From Fonticula alba ATCC 38817 (taxonomy: Eukaryota; Protista; Nucleariida): a stretch of 28,956 nucleotides of DNA. The notes beneath the pieces were generated by a model. The model was not told where the DNA came from. It saw only the letters and a program-made list of their open reading frames with translations, and made no database searches. The stretch is taken from assembly GCA_000388065.2 (NCBI GenBank), contig KB932205.1; one strand, given 5' to 3'. This document shows positions 20,082 to 27,200 of this stretch, piece after piece (the stretch's first letter is position 1; each line of letters begins with the position of its first letter). The position numbers and the translations under genes are program-made.

Positions 20082-21729
20082 TTAGGTCCACGGCTGGAAG
20101 TCCCGCTCCAGGGTGCTGATGTTGATCATGACATTGTACCCCTGAATGGCGCGGATCTGCCCGGCGAGCAGGGGGTTGAAGGGCTCCACCTCCTTCTCGA
20201 CGAAGATGGCCAGCTCCGTGGGCTCGATGACCAGGTCATACCCGACCAGGGCCAGGAAGTCGCGCTCCATGCGGTTGATGTCGCGCGTGGCGAACATCCC
20301 CCGGGTGAGCTTGCTCCAGCCGCGGTTGGTCAGGGTCTGGTCGTTGAGATACTTGGCGGCCAGGATCAGGGCGATGAAGAAGACCCGGTGGGAGGTGTCA
20401 TCACCGGACCGCGCGGTCCGAGGCAGAGCGGCCTATGGGCGCGAGGGGGGGGGGNNNNNNNNNNNNNNNNNNNNNNNNNNNNNNNNNNNNNNNNNNNNNN
20501 NNNNNNNNNNNNNNNNNNNNNNNNNNNNNNNNNNNNNNNNNNNNNNNNNNNNNNNNNNNNNNNNNNNNNNNNNNNNNNNNNNNNNNNNNNNNNNNNNNNN
20601 NNNNNNNNNNNNNNNNNNNNNNNNNNNNNNNNNNNNNNNNNNNNNNNNNNNNNNNNNNNNNNNNNNNNNNNNNNNNNNNNNNNNNNNNNNNNNNNNNNNN
20701 NNNNNNNNNNNNNNNNNNNNNNNNNNNNNNNNNNNNNNNNNNNNNNNNNNNNNNNNNNNNNNNNNNNNNNNNNNNNNNNNNNNNNNNNNNNNNNNNNNNN
20801 NNNNNNNNNNNNNNNNNNNNNNNNGCGCCCCCTTGGTCCCAGGTCGTGGGGGGGGGGGGCGACAGGATGGCACACGGGGCACAGGGCGGTCACAGCAAGG
20901 TCAGAACACGGGGAGAGGAGGGGGCGGGGGACGCTTCTGGGAGGGAGGACCCCAAAAGGCACACGGCATACGCACCGATGACCGAGCGCGGGACATAGCG
21001 CTGGTACGAAGTGATGACCGAGTTGAAGGGCGGGTTGATGGGGACCAAGGACGGGTGCGGGACCAGGACCGTGCCCTGCTCGTCGTCCAAATGCTCGACC
21101 ATGGAGTCGCTGAGGTTGGCGTAATCCTGGCTGTGGGTGTAGACGGCGGGATTGCGCGAGTACGGAGTCCGGCGGAAGATTTCGCCGATCGACGAGGAGA
21201 AAGTCAGCACCGGCACCGGGAGGATGGGCCCGGGGATGTCGAGCTCCATGACCTCGTAGGCTTGCTGACGGGAGAGCATGCCGCCGGAGTTCTGGCACAT
21301 GACCCGGGGGTAGCGGTTGGGGCTGCGGGGCGCGGCGGCCGCCGGGGCCGGGGCCCCGGTGGCTGCGGGCTGCAGGGCGCCCAGCGCATCGGCCGGGGCC
21401 AGTGTGGCGTCGGTGCTCGGCGGGGTGCAGCCATTGACGCTGGCTGGAGCTGCGGCCCCGGCGGGACGGGGGGCGGCCGCCGCGGCCGCCACCGCCGCAC
21501 GGTCGGCGGCCGTATCCAGCGAGGGGGTGACCGAGTCGGTGGCCAGGTCGCCGGCCGGCCGGGCGGCCCCGGTGACCGGGGCCCCGGCAGCCTGCATGTC
21601 AGCCGGGGCGTCGAGCGAAGGCCCGGTGCCGGGAGCGCCGGCTGCCCCGCGCTGGGAGAAGTTCCAGGTCGGCTGGACATTGCGGTCAGGCACAATGGCC
21701 GACGAGGGGGTGAAAGTGAGGATAGACAT
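20082..21729 (-). CDS. Pho85-type cyclin (PCL1/PCL2 family) with a low-complexity N-terminus; part of the cyclin box lies in gap 20455-20824
   Basis: Last exon 20432-20082 (acceptor cccatag) reads AALPRTARSGDDTSHRVFFIALILAAKYLNDQTLTNRGWSKLTRGMFATRDINRMERDFLALVGYDL, matching Pcl-family HRIFLACLILSAKFHND...N..W..YT.GLF...DINLMERQLL.LL.WDL as recalled. First coding exon 21729-~20976 (donor GTGCGT at 20975, tentative). Confidence 0.82.
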
Positions 21730-21782
21730 CGGGGAAATGGTGATCAGGCCGGGCCGGGGGACAGAGGCGCGGGGAACTGGTC

Positions 21783-21900
21783 CTGGAGGAGAGAGAAATG
21801 CGCGAGGGGGGTGTACACGGGGGCTGGTTAGCGCGAGCCGCGAGTCGCTGGGGAGGGGGGGGGCGTTGTGTGGCGATGGGCTAGGGCTTGGGGCGCGCAC
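21783..21900 (-). other. Candidate 5'UTR intron of the cyclin gene
   Basis: GTGCGC donor at 21900, gctaac branch, pyrimidine tract and CAG acceptor at 21783. The upstream exon has an in-frame TGA and no ATG, so the first ATG is 21729. Confidence 0.55.
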
Positions 21901-22728
21901 TGATTCGGGTGAGGGGGGCAAAGAGAGCAGGAAACGGAAGCGGGCGTTTCTCAGCTGGGGGATTCTCAGCTCAGGGGGGAAGTGCTGTCATGAAAAGACG
22001 AGGCAGACGATCGAGACAGGGGAGAGGGGAAGGAGGGGCGAGGCAGGCGGGGGCGAGCGGGCGAGACCGTCGAAGGACACCGGCAGGGAGGCGGAGGAGA
22101 GTGGGAGGGGAGAGACAGAGGGAGACTGTGAGTGGTGGAGGATGTGGTGGGGGAGAGGGAGAAGGGATGTGGGTGCCCTTCACTTGAGTGGGAGAGGGAG
22201 GAGAGGCTCAGGGCGGNNNNNNNNNNNNNNNNNNNNNNNNNNNNNNNNNNNNNNNNNNNNNNNNNNNNNNNNNNNNNNNNNNNNNNNNNNNNNNNNNNNN
22301 NNNNNNNNNNNNNNNNNNNNNNNNNNNNNNNNNNNNNNNNNNNNNNNNNNNNNNNNNNNNNNNNNNNNNNNNNNNNNNNNNNNNNNNNNNNNNNNNNNNN
22401 NNNNNNNNNNNNNNNNNNNNNNNNNNNNNNNNNNNNNNNNNNNNNNNNNNNNNNNNNNNNNNNNNNNNNNNNNNNNNNNNNNNNNNNNNNNNNNNNNNNN
22501 NNNNNNNNNNNNNNNNNNNNNNNNNNNNNNNNNNNNNNNNNNNNNNNNNNNNNNNNNNNNNNNNNNNNNNNNNNNNNNNNNAGCATGTGCAAGTTCCCCC
22601 CCCCCCCCCGGGGGCGAGGGGGGAGTGGGTCTCCCCCAAACAGGCTACACTGAGGGGCGACCGGGCAAGGGGCGCGGCAGGCATAATTCCCGGAAGAGCG
22701 CTGGGCCGGGGCGCACGGCATACACAGA

Positions 22729-22752
22729 CACACACACACACACACACACACA
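22729..22752 (+). repeat. (CA)12 microsatellite
   Basis: Direct read. Confidence 0.9.
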
Positions 22753-23560
22753 CGCCCACGCACTTGGGACTGGGGTACACATTGGAGGGGCCGGCAGCCC
22801 TGCAGGCCACGACGCCGGTCAGGGGCGCGAGCAAGGGGAGGCGGGGGGGCGCGGGCAAATTTGCCGGCACACCAGGCGCTCCCTGTGGGATCGGGTTGTC
22901 GCATAAACAAACAAACATTGATCTGTGCGACAAATGAATCCGGCTGTCGGGTCGCCGGACGCACGCGAGGCCCTTCACCGGCTTGTGCCACCTACCGCAA
23001 GCGTGCACAGACGCACACACAGACGCACATGCCCGACACCCGGGCTGGGCAGGATATGTGGTCGCAGACGCACGACGGGCTAACTGTGGGCTATCAGCCT
23101 CGAGACTGGGAAATATCTCGGGAGATTTCTCGCCCACAGGAGAGCCCGGCGATCGCATCGGCCAACACAGATGAACGGCCCGACAATGCAGGTAACTGGG
23201 AGAAGGGAAGTCAAGAGACTGGGGGGATAAGCTCGCCATCCAATCTGCAAGAGATTGAGAGAACCGCCCGCGACAAGAAAGCGCCCAGGTGATAGATGGG
23301 CGCCCGGTGCTGGGTGCCGGCCCCGGTTGGGGTGGGGCGCCCGCACACGCCGCGAGCCCCACACCGCCCGGGGGGGGGGGGAGGCGGCGGGGGGAAGGAT
23401 GGGGGTGGGGGGGGGGCGGCTCGGCCCGGTCCGGCCGGGGGGGGATGGAGACATCCCGCCGCCGGCCGGATCGCCGAGCCGCAGATTATACGGTGGGACT
23501 GAATTCTAATTGTGGGCTGCGACCGGCCACCCGCGGCGGATCTAATCTCCGATTGGGGCT

Positions 23561-23588
23561 GAATCTCTCCCATTGGTGGGAGAGATTC
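23561..23588. other. Perfect 12-bp inverted repeat with a 4-nt loop
   Basis: GAATCTCTCCCA-TTGG-TGGGAGAGATTC. Confidence 0.8.
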
Positions 23589-24756
23589 CTGGCCGCCACC
23601 ACCCAGTACGCCTTCCATAGTAGATGCGCTCTATGGGTGAGGGTCTTGGGGCCAGAATTTCTCTGGGGCAGGCGGTGGGGGGGGGGGCATTGGCCAAGAG
23701 GAATGTCAGCCCCGCCCCGTCCCGCCCCTGTGTCCCGGGAACTGGGGGGTCGCCAGTATATTGGGGGAGGGGGGGCGGAGAGAGCCAACACATCCGGGGT
23801 GCCGCGCCGCCCAAGTCTTGGGAAGATACATCCCCGATAGAGCGGGCGATATATCAAAGCACAAAGACATGCACGGCGGACAGGATCCGGGGTGGCAGGG
23901 TGACGATCCCGAGCGAGGGCGAATCGCAGCGGGGAAGCCGTCCTCTGAATTGATAGCCCATGCAAGGAGATGGGCATCGGCGAATGCACCGAGTGGAATG
24001 CCCCCCACAGGGCAGAGGGTACTTGCTCTCCTGGGGGTGAGCGGGGGGGGCAAGGAGCCCAGGCCGCGCACACCCAATGGGGCATGCCTCGAAAGAGGGA
24101 GAGGGCAAGAGCCCGAGAAGTGCGTAGCGATTGCGCTGGTTTTCTCGCCGGCCGGTGGCGCAGGCACACATGTGGCACCGGGCCACAACCGTGTGGGCCG
24201 GCTGGGAGAACGGGCAAATTTTGCCACCCGGCGGCCGGCCCAGGTCGGTACATATGTCACGAAGCCTGGTTCCAGTCGCCCAGGGGCTCCGACGGGCCTT
24301 GAATGCACGCCACGCCTTTTCGCTCGGGTGGGAGGCGGGGGAGGAGCGGAAGCCGGCTGGGGGCTGGTTCCCCCGAGAAGGCACACCGGGCACATGTGTG
24401 TGGGGGGGGGGGGCATACAAGAACGGCTGGTGGCGCAACAGGATGCCCCCGGCCAAATGGAGGCGGGGGCGGGACCCCGCACACGCGCGGTCGCTTGCTT
24501 CATTGTCACTATCCCGAGGGGAGGGGAAGGTATGCGGCATAGGGCCCAATTAGGGCCTCGGAGCCGAAAACGTTCACGAAACACTGTGCACTCGCCCGCG
24601 GAGGGCGCGGCGAAGGGGCTCAGGGTGATTTTGGCAGGTATCAAAAGTGCATGACCGCCGCGTCTGCCCCCGGGGGCCAGCGCGCGCATTCGGTCCCCGA
24701 GAGCAGGGCAGAGGCCGTGACGCAAGCGGTCGGTTCCCCCAAGGAGGAAGCATGTG

Positions 24757-24780
24757 CACACACACACACACACACACACA
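24757..24780 (+). repeat. (CA)12 microsatellite
   Basis: Direct read. Confidence 0.9.
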
Positions 24781-25171
24781 CGCTCGCATAGCATGCGCCT
24801 TGCTCCTTGTGCCTCCACCCATGGGCGGGGGGGGGCGGGGGGGGCAGCCCCTCTTGGTGGGCGTCGGAATAGACGCGCGCGCACGGGCAGCCCCACGCCG
24901 TCGGCCAGGGCCGCTGGGCGTCATCGGTCCCTGGGGGGTCAGACGCGAGGGGGTCGCGACGTCCGAGGGAGCAGATCGGGCGAGGCCACATCGCCACACT
25001 TAAAAGGGGGGCAGGGCCAGGTGTCGTGCGTGCGTGTGTGCGCGCCCTCTTCCAGACAGTTCCCATCGGCGAGGCACATGTACTCGGGCGCGCGCGCGCG
25101 CAGGATCAGGGGAGATGGTGGGGGATGAGCGACGGCTCGTCGTCGGCCCCGCGGGCCTTCCCACCGCCATT

Positions 25172-25272
25172 GCACCCCGTGGGATCGTGGGGGATGTGGG
25201 GATGTGCCTGCATAAAGACGAGAGGCACCTATGCATGCACGTCCCCACATCCCCCACGATCCCACGGGCTGC
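25172..25272 (+). ncRNA. Long foldback hairpin (~42-bp stem, 15-nt loop); candidate small-RNA precursor
   Basis: 25176-25202 is the exact reverse complement of 25242-25268 (27 bp). The stem extends inward via a U.G pair, 4 bp, a C/U mismatch and 6 bp, and outward via a C/C mismatch and 3 bp. The inverted repeat is certain; expression is unproven. Confidence 0.4.
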
Positions 25273-26128
25273 GAGGGCATACATGCATTGGTGGGGCCCG
25301 CCCGAGCTGCCGAAGGTGGCGTATGCCGGGGGCGGGGGGGGGGGGGGGGAGTGACCCACCACCGGCCGAGACACAGCCCCTTGCCTGGGGAGGCTGAAGC
25401 ACTTCCGGGCCGGCAGCGTCGCCCGGCAGAAGCACTCGCCAAACCCGGCTGCCGGAAGGGTGCCCCCTCTCCCGGGCGCGCGCGCACGCGGCTTCAAGCG
25501 GCGCCACCGCCTGTTAACTTGGCCTCCATGCCTTTGACCGGGGGGGCAAGACGGGACGAGTGTCGCCTGCACACACCGAGCACGCTCACACGCACACACG
25601 CATCGCTGTCCCGGACCCCTCGCCCCTACATAAGACTGAGAGGAACGAGGCCGGAGGGTTGAGGCAAGATGGGCAGACCCAGATACACGCGGGTGCATGT
25701 AGCGCCCCGTGTGCGGGGGGGAGGGGGGGGGGCGCAATGTCGGTACACCAGGGTACTAACCGCAACCGAATACCAGCCATTGCTATGTTTGAGCAAGGGC
25801 GACTTGGCACTGCCGGCCGTCGAAGAGGGAGGAGAAGGAGGTGGCTCCTCGCGAGTAGCTGGTCGTGAGGGGCAAGTCACGAACAACACTTCCCCAGTCT
25901 CTGACGCTGGGTGCGGCTCGGTGGCACCGGCCCGGCGGTATGCGGCGAAAAACCAACCGCACCTGGGCATCTGGACGACTACCGGTCGCAAGCCACACCG
26001 TCGGGGGCAATGGCGGCGGTGGCGGCGGCATGCGGGTTGTGCCCAGTGTGCAGAGAGACGCGGCCCGGCGGGGGTCATGCGCCCCAAGGAGAGACAAATG
26101 ACGGAGGGGCCGCCATATACCTTCTCCC

Positions 26129-26142
26129 GGGGGGGGGGGGGG

Positions 26143-26180
<38 letters not shown>
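26129..26180 (+). repeat. Poly-G plus (GA)18 microsatellite
   Basis: Direct read. Confidence 0.92.
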
Positions 26181-26183
<3 letters not shown>

Positions 26184-26980
26184 GGATGTCTGATGTTTCC
26201 CGTGTGGTAGACAAAGACATGCAGGTCTTTCCGCGGTGTGTACATGCGGCCCGGGGGCCACATGTCGGAAGGGGAGAAAGACAGAGGGACGAAAGGCTCG
26301 GGGGACCCCGGCAGACGTCGAGAGGGAAGACAATAACAACCCAGCCATACACACTGCAACCATTCCTCTATCCCGGCCCCGCCCCGCGCTGCTTGTGTGT
26401 GTGTGTGTAAAGCAACAAACAGCACACGCCCCGGGCAAATGTGGGTCGGGGGAGATGCACGCGCAAGACAGCGACAACCCTGTGGGCCCTCCCAGGGGGA
26501 GGGGTGGCCGGTCGGTCGGCGTAAACAAATATACAGGGCCTGGGGGGGGGGGGGGGGGGGNNNNNNNNNNNNNNNNNNNNNNNNNNNNNNNNNNNNNNNN
26601 NNNNNNNNNNNNNNNNNNNNNNNNNNNNNNNNNNNNNNNNNNNGGGGGGGGGGGGGGGGGGGGGGGGGACGCAGGAACGGGTGTCACCTGTGGCCCCCAG
26701 TTGAGGGAGATCGGGCCACGGAAGAAGGGGCCGAAGGTGGGACTGGGGCCTGCCGAGAAAAATATTCCCATGCCCTCCAGTCAGGGACGGGTGCGAAAAC
26801 ACGGGGCACATGTCCCCCCGTCCCGCCGCCCCTGCTGCACGCACTTAGACCACAATGTACCATTGACCATCAAAGGAGCGGGGGGGGGGGGGGCATGAAG
26901 GGGACAGGACAGATTGTCATGTCCCCCCCCCCCGGATGACAGGTTGATACCGCGCGCCGCGGGTCTCATAGCCGCCAGGG

Positions 26981-27200
26981 AGCGCGCGCGCACGGCAGAC
27001 ACTGACACGCCGATTGGGAATATAAGATTGGCAGTGTCATGTGACCAGTTGCGCGCGCTTTTTGAAAATGAGAGCCGCACTCGGATCCGCCGCGCGGGGG
27101 AGCGTCGCGCGCGCGGCGGCACTTGCTCTTCCGTTGGCATTTGCGCATAGCGGTTTCTTTGCCACAACGGTTGCCCGAAGTGCCGCGCGCGCCATCTGGG
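26981..27200. promoter_or_regulatory. Motif-dense segment (two CCAAT boxes, M-box-like GTCATGTGAC, CGCG runs, T5/A4 tract); candidate promoter/enhancer or structured exon
   Basis: GATTGG at ~27012 and ~27026, GTCATGTGAC at 27036-27045, GCGCGCTTTTTGAAAA at ~27053-27068; more AT-balanced than its flanks. Confidence 0.3.

Noticed and set aside
21730-21921. Extension of the cyclin ORF to the TTG at 21921
   Set aside because: The segment has donor, branch and acceptor signals of a 5'UTR intron; the ATG at 21729 is preferred.
25399-25463. Second imperfect hairpin beside the long foldback (CCGGCAGC/GCTGCCGG), plus GGCATAC/GTATGCC at ~25275-25327
   Set aside because: Only 7-8 contiguous pairs in very GC-rich sequence; not distinguishable from chance without a shuffle test.
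22208-26771. Many 100-400 aa ORFs in the gene desert (e.g. 23706-24896, 23761-24654)
   Set aside because: They overlap in all frames, translate microsatellites (VCVCV, THTH, ERER), and lack coding-type codon bias and motifs; expected in GC-rich DNA.
27037-27195. MARAALRATVVAKKP... as a histone H3/H1-like gene
   Set aside because: Only superficial MAR/KK similarity with no histone-fold sequence; kept only as an unassigned small ORF.
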